Shown in pieces: positions 1 to 10,516 of a stretch of DNA of 64,000 nt. Location of the stretch: the NCBI GenBank assembly GCA_051530055.1, contig CM121341.1, positions 5,062,784-5,126,783 of the forward strand, in the 5' to 3' direction. Under the pieces are notes generated by a model that had not been told where the DNA came from, searched no databases, and saw only the letters and a list, made by a program, of their open reading frames with translations. The translations under genes were made by a program, and so were the position numbers. How positions within the stretch are numbered: the first letter of the stretch is position 1; each line of letters begins with the position of its first letter. This DNA comes from Neoechinorhynchus agilis. Taxonomy: Eukaryota > Animalia > Acanthocephala.

Positions 1-432
1 AACCTCCCCTAAAAACATCTTCAACTTTATCATCCTGAAGGATTTTCTCTTGATGATTTCTTCTATTGATTATCAATAGAAAATCCTTAGGAAGAGTTGG
101 TTCCAGCCGAATAAAAAAATATTGAGATCTTTCGAAAGAGGAAACCCCTCCTAAAAACATCTCCAACTTTATAATCCTGAAGGATTTTCTCTTGATGATT
201 TATTCTATTGATTATCAAAAGAAAATCCTTAGGAAGAGTTGGTATCAGCCGAATAAACAAATATTGAGATCTTTCGAAAGAGGAAACCCCTATTAAAATC
301 ATCTTCAACTTTATAATCCTGAAGGATTTTCTCTTGATGATTTCTTCTATTAATTATCAATAGAAAATCCTTTGGAAGAGTTGGTTTCAGCCGAATAAAA
401 AATATTAAGATCTATCGAAAGAGGAAACCTCA
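1..432. repeat. Tandem repeat, about 141-bp unit, about 3 copies (runs off the window start); each unit has internal inverted repeats
   Basis: Unit 'ctaaaaacatc...gaaagaggaaaccc' recurs at about 10, 151 and 292. TCCTGAAGGATTTTCT...AGAAAATCCTTAGGA and TCTATTGAT-T-ATCAATAGA are palindromic. Confidence 0.9.
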
Positions 433-1035
433 TCAGTGATCAATGCTTAAAGGAGGATAATCGATTAAGCAACTTAACATTTCCCTTTTTTTCTATTAAA
501 CTTACTTTTCATACCAATTAAAAAATCTATTTTTATTTCCCTATTGTTTTATAGAAAATTTTCCTTTTTTGAAATATTTTAATATTTTTTATCCGGCTAA
601 GGATTATGATCACCAAATCTCCATAATAATTGATTTACCTTTAAAAGCTTACCTAAAAGGACAAACAAACAGAGGGTATTCATCGTTTACGTGAAGATGT
701 AAGCAATGCTTTAGTGCCGAATATGCGGTAAAAGACTTGTCGTATGGAATTTATGATCCTTCTGCTGACAGTTTCGCATAAAATGATTTCGGCACGTCGC
801 TAGTAGAACCCATAATTCGTTTGTTGTCTTTACATTATGGCAGACGTGGTTTGGGAAGATAATATTCAATGATAATTTTAAAACTACTTTTGAAATATCT
901 GATAACGACGGTGATCGTAATTATCATCATGTGATCGCTGATGGATCCATCGATCTAGATCGATTTCGCTCGATTGTGCAATACTTTTAAATGAACCTGC
1001 CATTCAAATGTGATTTTTGTTTAAAGAAAATGCCC

Positions 1036-2050
1036 GGACTCTTATTTACACAAAATACTAAGAGCATCGCATTTTAAAAAATTGTTTTGTCGATACTTCT
1101 ATCATGAAAGGAAAAAAGGCGAAAAGTAAGGCAAAAATTGAAAAAAATCCCATGGACTATTTTTTTCTTTTGCGAACAAAGAAGTTTATAAATTTCTTGA
1201 GAGTTAATCTTCGTGAGTAAATTTGTATAAATTCTTACAATGATCGTGAAAGTACAAAACCAGTATAAATAATAAAAAATCTACTCTCTAAACACAGAAA
1301 AATTTCATTCCATAGAAAAAAGACCTTAAAGAACAATAAAAAAATGAACTCTATTAAAACTTCGGTAAATAACGTCTCAATATTTTTTCCCTTTTGTACT
1401 AAATACAAATGCTTAACGCTTTACGATTGTGATTTTTATTAAAAAAAATGCCCGATATCGTTTAGAGATGGCGATGAAACTCGAAGTTTATCAGTAAGTT
1501 AAAAGGAATCGCTTATCGCAAGGAGATGAAAGACGGGCGAATCGGTGATCGTCGATCGCCGCTGGTCTATTCAGTCGAAGGCACACTTTTTTCCAGGAAA
1601 AGGGAAGATTACTCGGTGCTTTGAATGGAAATGTGAAGCGATAAAAGTGAAAACTTGAGATTTATTCTGTGTTGTTGTAGTTGGCATCAGTAGATCGAAA
1701 AATCTACTTTCGCCGCACAGAAATTGGTTTTTATTCAACATAACACCGAAAACGTTAACATGAACCTTGTGGCGTCGTTAATGGTCACTACATAGCCCCC
1801 TCAAGAAGGTTCTTCCGTTTTTTGCGAGGTCTGCCTCGTTTGGGAGGTTGATCGAGAATGGCGGGTGATGTTGGATCGATATACGCTTGTTTGAGGCGGT
1901 CTATCGATACGTTTTCTGGTTTTCCACCGAGATCGATCATGAAAAACTTTTCGTTGCGATCAAGTACTTTGTAAGGTCCGGTATTCGCCGCCTGTGTAGG
2001 ATTCCCATGCTGACCGCGTCTGACAAAAACGAACGGTGCTCTGCTGAGAA
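1036..2050. repeat. Direct segmental duplicate of about 5860-6888 (flank + Gypsy 3' LTR + integrase tail)
   Basis: Co-linear alignment by eye from 'ggactcttattta' to 'ggtgctct...ctgaga', with scattered substitutions. Confidence 0.9.
1670..1792 (-). mobile_element. Gypsy 3' LTR (123 bp), duplicate copy
   Basis: Minus strand reads TGTAGT...CAACA and contains AATAAA. It is preceded by the polypurine tract GAGGGGGC and the integrase stop, and is identical to 6506-6628. Confidence 0.8.
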
Positions 2051-2138
2051 ATCGTTCCGAAGGAGGATGTGCGTCGAACTCAATGTCAATCAATTCGCTA
2101 TAATTCACTTCTTCCTCTACTTTTGCTTTCTTAGACAT
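1788..2138 (-). CDS. Chimeric ORF (116 aa): host-like N-terminus MSKKAKVEEEVNYSELIDIEFDAHPPSE (BCCIP/BCP1-like) fused in frame to a Gypsy integrase C-terminus (GPY motif, KRGRPRK)
   Basis: 1788-2050 aligns to the integrase tail at 6637-6888; 2051-2138 does not. 'IDIEFDAH..SE' resembles the BCCIP 'VNIEFEAY..SDNDY' motif. A CCAAT box and TTTCATTTAAG lie just before the ATG. Confidence 0.45.
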   Translation of the reverse strand: MSKKAKVEEEVNYSELIDIEFDAHPPSERFLSRAPFVFVRRGQHGNPTQAANTGPYKVLDRNEKFFMIDLGGKPENVSIDRLKQAYIDPTSPAILDQPPKRGRPRKKRKNLLEGAM

Positions 2139-2506
2139 CTTAAATGAAAAGCTCTGCGTTCTTCGCTGATTGGTCAAACGGAAATTTTGACGCTTGGGCC
2201 TAAAGTATTAAGAGCTTCAGTAAATAAGCGATAAAAATGAAAACTTGAAATTTATTCAAATAACCATGGATATTTCTATTGAACTGCGGGACTCATATAC
2301 TTTTCATCCTAAACAACTCTTGAGTCCCGTGGACCAGAAAATAACGACTAAGATTGATAATTGCAATTAAGGTGAAGATCATCGTCAGGTTATTGAAGGA
2401 AATTCGTCGTAAAATTGTTTTCTGATTTTATTTAAAGTAATTTTTTTTCAATCATTTAAAATTTTTTAGGCAGTATTGTTTTCTATTTGGTTACTTTTCT
2501 TTACAT

Positions 2507-4392
2507 TCACCACCTCCCACCAAATTCCAGCTTTTGTCCTTCCTCGACCGTCGCCATCACGCTGGCAGCATTGCCCCGTTGTACTGCCAGCGAGATATTT
2601 TGTCGAAGAAATAAGCCTGCTCTTGAGTCTCCGGTTGCCTCTCTCAATTTCTTCGAGAGATCCTTGAGCAGAGAGAGTGCCGAGCTGCCGAGCGCTCCAT
2701 ACGTCTCTACCCCAAAGGGGACAAAATAGTGAGCCCTCGATAGCTGCATATATTTTCGTACCTTCCTCCCTTCCGCTGCACTGGCGGCACCACCGGCGAT
2801 TTCGAGGGAGTAGGGGATGTTGCTGGCTGCGAGGGTGTCCACACACGTGGCGTCCCAGAGAAGGCATTTGCCCTCCCGCCACGGGAAGACCGAAATTCCA
2901 TCGGGCCTACGGCCGTCTAGTCTGCAGAGGTGGGCGGGTTCCAGGATGTTCGGGAAGTTCGCCGTTCTCAACGCCCGAGAAATTACGTTATTGATTTCAG
3001 AATGGCGTGAAAACCTTCCTGCTGACCTTCTGCAGACGAGACCGTGTCGCCCGAAAGCATCAACCAAAGACCCACATCGACAGCGATGGGGCGTGCATAT
3101 CGGGAGACCAAGTCTTAAGGATGCTGCGATCCTCGTTACCTCATCAGTGAGAAGAGTTCCCACTGATGCCAGAGGAACAGCCCCCAACCACGCCCCAGAT
3201 TCTCGTGTTGAAACTGCCAACAATCTAGCTCGGACGAACCCATCGCGAGAACCTGAAAGTAGAGAGCTGTGAGCTCTCGAGACAAGAGGTCCGTCCCAGA
3301 TCGACTGTCTGAGGCCATTCACGGGAGCATGGTTAGCGCCTGTCTGCTGGCACCATTCCTCAACCGCCACCACGAAATCCCGGTCAAGACAGAAATTTTC
3401 CTTCAAAATGTTCTTCGAGACTGGTAGGCTCCCCTCAAACGATCCAAGAAAGGCCGGCAAAGCAAGGTCGACTAGTGCCCGAATTCCCAATCCCCCAGAT
3501 GACACAGGCAAAGAAGCTTGTCGCCACGCCTCATCTGAGAGCTGGACATTTAAAATACGCTCGAGGCAAGCCCTCACCTTATTGTCCAGCTTTGCCAATC
3601 CTTCTTTGTGTTTGAAAAATGTTGCTGTGCGAACCTTGTACAATAATTTGGGGATGAAGAGCGCGTTCTTTATGAGAAACAAGGCTTCATGAGCCGAGAG
3701 AGCGCACACCCTATCGCACAGCAACGAAAGTTTCGGTATGATATGGCCGATCTCATCTTCCACATTTGAATCGAAGACACAACTGCCCAAGAGGCTGAGT
3801 TGTTCCCGAGTCACGAGTTTCAGACCCGGAGCTACGGCCTCGAACCCAGCCATTAGTTCTTTGACTTTGGCGGCGTCTCCAATATTCAATACAAGGAGCT
3901 CACATTTTCCAGCATTGAGCTCAATGCCCATCTTCGAGGTCTCCCTAATCAGCGTCTCCAAATCGCGCAGTACAACGGAGGGATCACCTCCGAGCGTAGC
4001 GTCATCCAAGTACCAAGCGTTGAAGCTGGAATGGAGAGAATGCGCTATTGGGTTTACTGTTAGGGAGAATCCGATTGGACCGAGGGGATCTCCTTGCTGC
4101 ACTCCTCTTTCGGACCAAATGAGGTGGTCTTCGAAAAGCAAAGGAATCGCCGTCCGTAGGCATTGAGAAAATACTGGAAGGCTTCTGGTGCGTGATCCCT
4201 AATTGCGCGGAACATGCTTTCTCTATTGAGAGAGTTAAAGGCGTTCCGAAAATCGCACTTTAGAATCACGCACGGCTCTGAGCTTCTCGTAGCAAAGTTT
4301 CGGAGCGAGTGGACAATAGCTTCTGCCCCGCAGGATGTGCAGCAGCCCAGTTGGACTGGGCGAAGTTCCTGCCCGGTTTTCTCTGTGATCAA
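2507..4392 (-). pseudogene. CRE RT/RLE ORF split by a frameshift at about 4145-4155; early RT domains are missing
   Basis: ORFs 4060-4392 (LRPVQLG...AYG) and 2507-4141 (LLFEDHLIWSERGVQQGDP) join by a one-base shift. Confidence 0.85.
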
Positions 4393-4800
4393 CGGAAACT
4401 CACTCTGATTCTCGGTGGCCGTTTGCCATCACTTGATCGGAAACCGCTATGTTCTCCTGTTCGTAGATTCTTGAATTGTTCGGTTGAACTACTTGAGATA
4501 CATTTCCATTCAGATGAGGACGCTGAATCCTTAATTCCTCGACAATTTGCCGTCGTCCTTTTGGTCGCCACAGTCGACCACTCGTCCTGCTATCATTGAT
4601 CGTCCAAAAAGATTTCCTGGGTCTTTCTCGAACAGGAATTTTCCTGAATCTTCGACAATAAGATAGTGTATTCCTGATTGATCCTTTCCATGACTTGGTA
4701 TCTGTTCTTCGTTGGAAATATGGGATATTCTCCTGAATCCATTCGTAGATTTCATTGACCCGCAATCTTCTGGTCAAACTGTTCTCGATCGCTGCTGGAG
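4387..4800 (-). pseudogene. Forkhead (winged-helix) gene fragment embedded inside the CRE ORF
   Basis: AAIENS..LRVNEIYEWIQENIPYF..SWKGSIRNTLS..FRKIP..SFWTIN is a forkhead domain lacking most of helix 1. It aligns to 10503-10910 and has CRE coding sequence on both sides. Confidence 0.85.
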
Positions 4801-5374
4801 TATTTACAGTGTCGCGTTGTCTCCTTCTGCAAAACTGTCGGAGGATGACAATAACCGAACAGCCCCCGAACATCTCCGTCCGCAAGCTTCGAAGAAACAC
4901 GTTCAGTCAGGGATCGCGAGGCGGCATCGGTGCAGTCGGTGGTGGAGGTGGCAATTTGGCATCAATTCTTTAAGATTTCCGTCAATTTTATAAAAGAACG
5001 TTATTATACTAAAAAGATAATTCTTTGGGGACTGAAACAAAATTACTTTCAATTTGCTTAACCAAGATGAATGCTGGAACAAAACGTAATTATATTGTCG
5101 AGCGTTTCGCTTGGCGTCTCAAACTAAGATTGACAAACGAAGCAATGAGGGATCACAGACGGACGGATTGGTGATCATCGATCGCCGATGGTCTATTCAA
5201 TCGAAGGTTAATTTTTTAAAGGGAAAGGTTAAGATTGCTCAGAGCTTTGGATTGAAATGTGAAGCTTCTCAAAAGTATTTTAGTAGATAAAAGTAAAATC
5301 TGTCAACGTGTCCTAAATGCGTTTCTATTACCTGAGCGTTCTAACCCAGTGCATTGTAAAAGAGAAAAAACGAT

Positions 5375-5851
5375 ATGTTTTATGCCCTTGTAATATTCGT
5401 ATTATTTATAATTTTAACTAGACAGACGGAAATAAGACAGTCGCAATTCGAACTTATCGAAGGTTGCATGGATTTTACGGTGGTGGTGGAAAGTGTGACC
5501 GATACGTCTAAAAATTTTGATTTGTGCGGCTATGCCTTACGATTATTTCTTAAACAGTGCATTCAAATACTCGTGGAAGTTTGCTTTTCAGTGGACTATA
5601 TAATTTCCCGAGAATGTCGAAATCACACAGTCTACTCAGTAGATTTGAATCAGAGACCAGTAATATTAACTATCGATCGGTTAAGCTATCCGTTCTACTA
5701 CCTGCTCTTTCGAACTTACTACCAAATTGATAAATTGGTCAAATATAAGTGGCCTCATTTGTTGAAGAAGACGATGCCGCAGGAGATCGTTTTGTTCCGG
5801 AACAATCCTTGTCCGTATTTTGACGACAATCATTTGAGTAAAGATTTTTGA
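5375..5851 (+). CDS. Hypothetical 158-aa protein with a hydrophobic N-terminus (signal peptide-like)
   Basis: ATG-started ORF in AT-rich DNA with no recognised domain. Confidence 0.3.
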   Translation: MFYALVIFVLFIILTRQTEIRQSQFELIEGCMDFTVVVESVTDTSKNFDLCGYALRLFLKQCIQILVEVCFSVDYIISRECRNHTVYSVDLNQRPVILTIDRLSYPFYYLLFRTYYQIDKLVKYKWPHLLKKTMPQEIVLFRNNPCPYFDDNHLSKDF

Positions 5852-6505
5852 AGGATACGGACTCTTATTTAAACCAAATACTAAGAGCATCGCATTTTAA
5901 TAAATTGTTTTGTCGACACTTCTATCATGAAAGGAAAAAAGGCGAAAAGTAAGGCAAAAATGGAAAAAAAACCCATGGACTATTTATTTCTTTTGCGAAC
6001 AAAGAAGTTTTCAAAAAATTTTGAGAGTTAATCCTCGTGGGTTAAATTTGTATAAATTCTTACAATGATCGTGAAAGTACAAAACCAGTATAAATAATAA
6101 AAAATCTACTCTCTAAACACAGAAAAATTTCATTCCATAGAAAAAAGACATTTACGAACAATGAAAAACATGAACTCTATTAAAACTTCATTAAATAACG
6201 TCTTAATAATTTTTCTCTTTTGTACTTAATACAAATTCTTAACGCTTTACGAATGTGATTTTTATTAAAAGAAAATGCCCGATATCGATGAGAGATGGCG
6301 ATGAAACTCGAAGTTTATCAGTAAGTTAAAAGGAATCGCTTTTCGCAAGGAGATGAAAGGCGGGCGAATCGGTGATCGTCGATCGCCGCTGGTCTATTCA
6401 GTCGAAGGTACATTTTTTCCAGAAAAAGGGAAGATTACTCAGTGCTTTGAATGGAAATGTGAAGCGATAAAAATGAAAAACTTGCGATTTATTCAAATAA
6501 CAATG

Positions 6506-6628
6506 TGTTGTTGTAGTTGGCATCAGTAGATCGAAAAATCTACTTTCGCCGCACAGAAATTGGTTTTTATTCAACATAACACCGAAAACGTTAACATGAA
6601 CCTTGTGGCGTCGTTAATGGTCACTACA
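6506..6628 (-). mobile_element. Gypsy 3' LTR (123 bp)
   Basis: TG...CA ends, AATAAA and hairpin AGTAGAT/ATCTACT; PPT at 6629-6640 directly after the integrase stop. Confidence 0.82.
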
Positions 6629-6636
6629 TAGCCCCC

Positions 6637-9633
6637 TCAAGAATGTTCTTCCGTTTTTTTGCGAGGTCTGCCTCGTTTAGTAAGTTGAGCGAGAATGACG
6701 GGTGATGCTGGATCGATATACGCTTGTTTGAGGAGGTCTATCGATACGTTCTCTGGTTTTCCATCGAGGTCGATCATGAAAAACTTTTCGTTGCGATCAA
6801 GTACTTTGTAAGGTCCGGTATTCGGCACCTGTGTAGGATTCCCATGCTGACCGCTTCTGACAAAAACGAGCGGTGCTCTTCTGAGAGTATTTGGTACAAA
6901 CGTCGTCAATTTAACACGGTTCACAACGGGCGTGGGAGCAAGAGATTTAACTTTATTACGTCGCCGTTGTAGATCAGTGTGAGAATCGACTCGGCTAAGT
7001 GAGGAATTAAGAAAATCGGCAGGTATGTTGATGGCACTTCCATATTCATGCTCTGCTGCCGAGGAATCAAGGTCGGCTTTGGGCGCCGTGCGAATTCCTA
7101 ACAAAATCCAAGGCAGTTCGTCGATCCAATTGTTTCCGCAGAGACGAGCTTTCAAAGCCGATTTCAGATGCCTGTGGAATCTTTCTACCATATCATTGGA
7201 TTGAGGATGATACGCGGTTATGCGGTGGAGCTTCATTCATAAATGTTCGGCGATTGCTCTCCACAGCTCGGATATGAACTGTGGTCCTCGATCGGAGGAG
7301 ATGTCGTTACGAATACCAAAACGAGCCATCCATTGGCTGATAAGTGCTTTTGCACACGTTACGGCGTTGGTATTATTTAAAGAAATCGCCTCGGGCCACC
7401 GAGTATATCGGTCTACCACGGTTAATAAATGAGTGAAACCTTGTGATCCCAGTAGCGGACCTACTAAATCTTTACGGATGTGATCAAATCGACGTTGCGG
7501 AGGTTCGAAAAGAGAAAGCCGTGCTCGTATGCGTCTTTGAACCTTAGCCTTTTGACATCCGATGCATGACTGAACCCTGGCACCAACATCCTTTGTTAAA
7601 CCAGGCCAAACGTATTTTGTTTTAACCAATTTTCGGGTTGCTTTAATTCCAGGGTGGGACAGCTGGTGTACAGCCTCGAAAACTCGTTTCGTCCAAGATG
7701 ATGGTACCAACGGTCTATAACGGCCAGTCGAAATGCCACACAAAATAGTTTGTCCTGTGCTATTGAAAGGAATTTATTTCAACTATAGCGAGGTATTCGC
7801 TGAACGATATGTATGGATGTGTTGATCAGACTTTTGATCTTCTGTCATCGCTTCAAACGATATTCCTTCGGAAATACTGGCTAAATAATCAACGCGGGAC
7901 AATGCATCGGCAACTTGGTTCTCTTGTCCACTAATGAGTTCGATATTGGTCGTGAACTCAGATATATAATTCAAATGTCGTTGTTGACGGGCGGACCAAG
8001 GATCCGAAACTTTTGACATCGCATAAACTAAAGATCGATGATCAGTGTAAATCGTAAACGATCGGCCCTCGACGTAATATCGAAAATGTCGGACAGCGAG
8101 ATACATGGCCCGAAGCTCGCGATCGAAGGTGCTGTACCGTTGTTCAGGTTTACGCAGTTGTTTGTTGAAGAATGCCAGCGGCTGCCATGAATCGGTCACT
8201 TTCTGCTGTAGAACAACGCCAATAGTGAACTCGAATGCATCTGTACTGATAGAGATTGGTGCGTGGGTCACTGAATGTCAAAGCATCGTTGCGTTTGCTA
8301 GAGCGGCTTTAGCTTTTTCGAATGCTGAAGCCATTTCAACTGTCCAAGAAAAACTTCGTAGATTTGTTTTACCAGAAAGCGCTTGGTAGACCGGACGCAT
8401 CAGACGAACTGCCGAAGGGATGAAATGATGATAATAATTTACCATACCAACAAATCCTTGCAAAGCTTTGGTGGATGTTGGAGGAGGGAAACTGCGAATC
8501 GCGCTAACTTTATCTGGCAATTGTACTGCACCTCGTCCACTCACCCGGTGTTCTAGGAAATCGATCTGTTCTACCCCGAACTCACACTTATCTGGGTTCA
8601 AAACGAGGCCGTACTCTGAGAGTCGATCGAACAATGTTCGTAGGTGTTTCCTGTGCTCGGATCGATTTGAACTCGCGATCAGTATATCATCTAAGTAGAC
8701 GAAAGTAAAATCCATACCTGAAAAACTGTTACCATTAACCGCTGGAATTTTTATGCAGCATTTTTCAACCCGAAAGGCATACGAAGAAATTCAGAAAGGC
8801 TAAAAGGCGTAAAAATCGCAGTTTTTGGTATGTCCAGTTCCGCCACCCGAATTTGATGGTACCCTCGGACAAGGTCTGTTTTCGAGAAAATCGTTGTTCC
8901 AGCGAGTTTAGCTGAAAAATCTTGTACTCGAGGAATCGGATATCTTTAGCCTGCGGTAATCGCCACAAGAACGCCATCCACGGCCTGATTTGGGTACGAG
9001 ATGCAACGGAGACGACCATTGGCTATTTGAGCGTCTAATGATTCCAAGATCCTCCATATTTTTGAATTCGGATTTAGTAATAGCGAATTTATCGAATGGG
9101 AGGCCTCGCGGTCTAGCATGGAGTGGTTGTCCTTGTGTCTCAATAATGTGCTCCACTGCATGTTTGGTCGAAACGTCCGAAAAGGTAGGTCTCGTTATAT
9201 CGGGGAAATCTGCGAGAATTTTACTAAATTCGTCGTTCTTCGATCCGAGGAAATCGACACTGAGGGCTTCGATCGATACACGAGTGGAGGCTAATGGTAT
9301 CATTGCGAAAGTTTCTGAACTAACCAACTGCTTATTCCTTAAGTCGACCAGTAAACCTGAGTGTCGAAGGAAATCAGCGCCTAGGATAGGGTGTTTAACC
9401 GCGGCAATAGTGAACATCCATTCCGTCTGAGTTTTACCGAAATTCAACTGCAGTAGCTTGTTGCCGAATCTTGGGATTGTTGAACCGTTCGCAGCTGTAA
9501 GTGCTCTGCCAGGGTGTTTGGTCTGTTTATCGAGTGTTGTGGCTGGAAGGACGCTGATTTCGGCACCAGTATCGACTAGGAACCGTCGTCCACTTTGGCG
9601 TTCGTTTAGGTTGACGGAGGGACCGATCATCAT
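6637..9633 (-). pseudogene. Gypsy pol (protease, RT, RNase H, integrase) broken into at least 5 ORFs
   Basis: ORFs 8908-9633 (PR + RT start), 8278-8715 (YLDD), 7783-8271 (RNase H), and 7237-7743 and 6637-7236 (IN). Confidence 0.9.
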
Positions 9634-9689
9634 TGCCTCTACTATTGATCGGTCAATTCGTTTTTTGGGTTGGCTTTCAATTTGAAATC

Positions 9690-10075
9690 CGCTGATCGCT
9701 TACAAAGTGATCTACATTTCCTTGCTCTATCTCCAAATTTACGGTGGTAATAGCATAAATCTGATACTGTTACTGGGATTTGCTTGGTCGCAATCTTTTT
9801 TTTTAATTGACGACGCTAAAGGTTGCCGTGATTGCAAAATGTTGTCGGCAGCGCGTGCAAGCTCACGAGGTTCGGTTATTTTCGAATGAACTAGAATAGA
9901 TCGGATCTCCCCAGGCATGCGCTCAAGAAATATTTCGCGGAATAAAAAACATGACAGGTTGCTTTCGAGGTACTCTAGCATCTCATCCATTAACGCTGAA
10001 GGCTTTTCGTCTCCATGCGACCTTGTGTGAAGGATTCGATTTGCCCTTTCTGTGACAAACTATACGGGCTCTCAC
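9690..10075 (-). pseudogene. Gypsy gag, 5'-truncated and frameshifted
   Basis: KPSALMDEMLE..FREIFLERMP..PRELARAAD, then the CHCC knuckle in another frame at about 9700-9760. Confidence 0.8.
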
Positions 10076-10079
10076 CAAT

Positions 10080-10127
10080 TGTTGTGGTAGCTGGCATCAG
10101 TAGATCCAAAAATCTACTGTCGCCGCA
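10080..10127 (-). mobile_element. 5' LTR remnant (48 bp, the LTR's downstream end), cut off by a CRE 3' end
   Basis: tgttgtggtagctggcatcagtagatccaaaaatctactgtcgccgca aligns to 6506-6553 and is followed on the minus strand by AT-TGGTGA. Confidence 0.75.
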
Positions 10128-10325
10128 ATGGATGTTTCTATTGAACTGCGCGACGAATATCAAAGAACTCATAAACTTTTCATCCTAAACAACTCGGGAG
10201 TCCCATGGACAAGAAAATAACTACTAAAATTGATAATTGCAATCAAGGTGAAGATCATCGTCATCTTCCTGAAGGAAATTATTCGTAAAATTGCTTTCTA
10301 ATTTTATTTAAAGCAATTAATTTTA
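10128..10325 (-). mobile_element. Solo CRE 3' UTR fragment
   Basis: Aligns to 2263-2450 (atggat(a/g)tttctattgaactgcg...ggtgaagatcatcgtc). Confidence 0.8.
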
Positions 10326-10516
10326 GTACGAAAGCGAATCTACTAAGAAATTTTAGTTGAAAAGGCGAATTTGTTTTTCAATGAAATTTGATTAGAAATT
10401 ATAGACACGTTCTTTATTAACAAAAGACGTCTTGATCCTTAACTTAAACTCACTGATGGCTTCCATTTATCCATCTTTTTTAAGTATTGAGGTCACCATT
10501 TCCGATCAACGGAAAC

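Larger units (their letters stand above)
2263..4990 (-). mobile_element. CRE-clade non-LTR retrotransposon (RT + restriction-like endonuclease), disrupted
   Basis: RT motifs LKCDFRNAFN, GVQQGDPLGP and WYLDD; CCHC knuckle CRCG..HGLVC; RLE motif RPDG..WDATCVDT. An upstream remnant 'SLTERVSSKLADGDVRGAVRLLSSSDSF' sits at about 4800-4915. The 3' UTR is 2263-2506. Confidence 0.9.
6506..10127 (-). mobile_element. Ty3/Gypsy LTR retrotransposon (CsRn1-like), decayed
   Basis: Order gag-PR-RT-RH-IN. Gag has the CHCC motif CYYHRKFGDRARKCRSLC; PR has FLVDTGA; RT has VYLDDILI; IN has the HHCC motif (HQLSHPG..CIGC), DxGPQF and GPY. PPT and 3' LTR are present, plus a 5' LTR remnant. Confidence 0.92.

Noticed and set aside
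87-308. 73-aa ORF; likewise 34480-34911 and 60081-60392
   Set aside because: These run partly or wholly through tandem repeats and are artefacts of stop-poor repeat units.
6506-6628. The 123-bp conserved segment as an SL RNA or snRNA gene (AAG|GT, AATTTCTG, 3' hairpin)
   Set aside because: The Sm-like site is a poor match. TG..CA ends, PPT, AATAAA and its position after integrase are fully explained by an LTR.
2466-9685. Numerous antisense or alternate-frame ORFs over the CRE and Gypsy coding regions, and over HSP70 and families A/B
   Set aside because: Shadow ORFs of real coding sequence with no independent motifs.
10062-10079. Intact primer-binding site (TGGTGAGAGCCCG) after the 5' LTR
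   Set aside because: Only TGGTGA fits the tRNA-Trp PBS expected for CsRn1-type elements. The rest reads as mid-gag coding sequence, so this is more likely a deletion junction.
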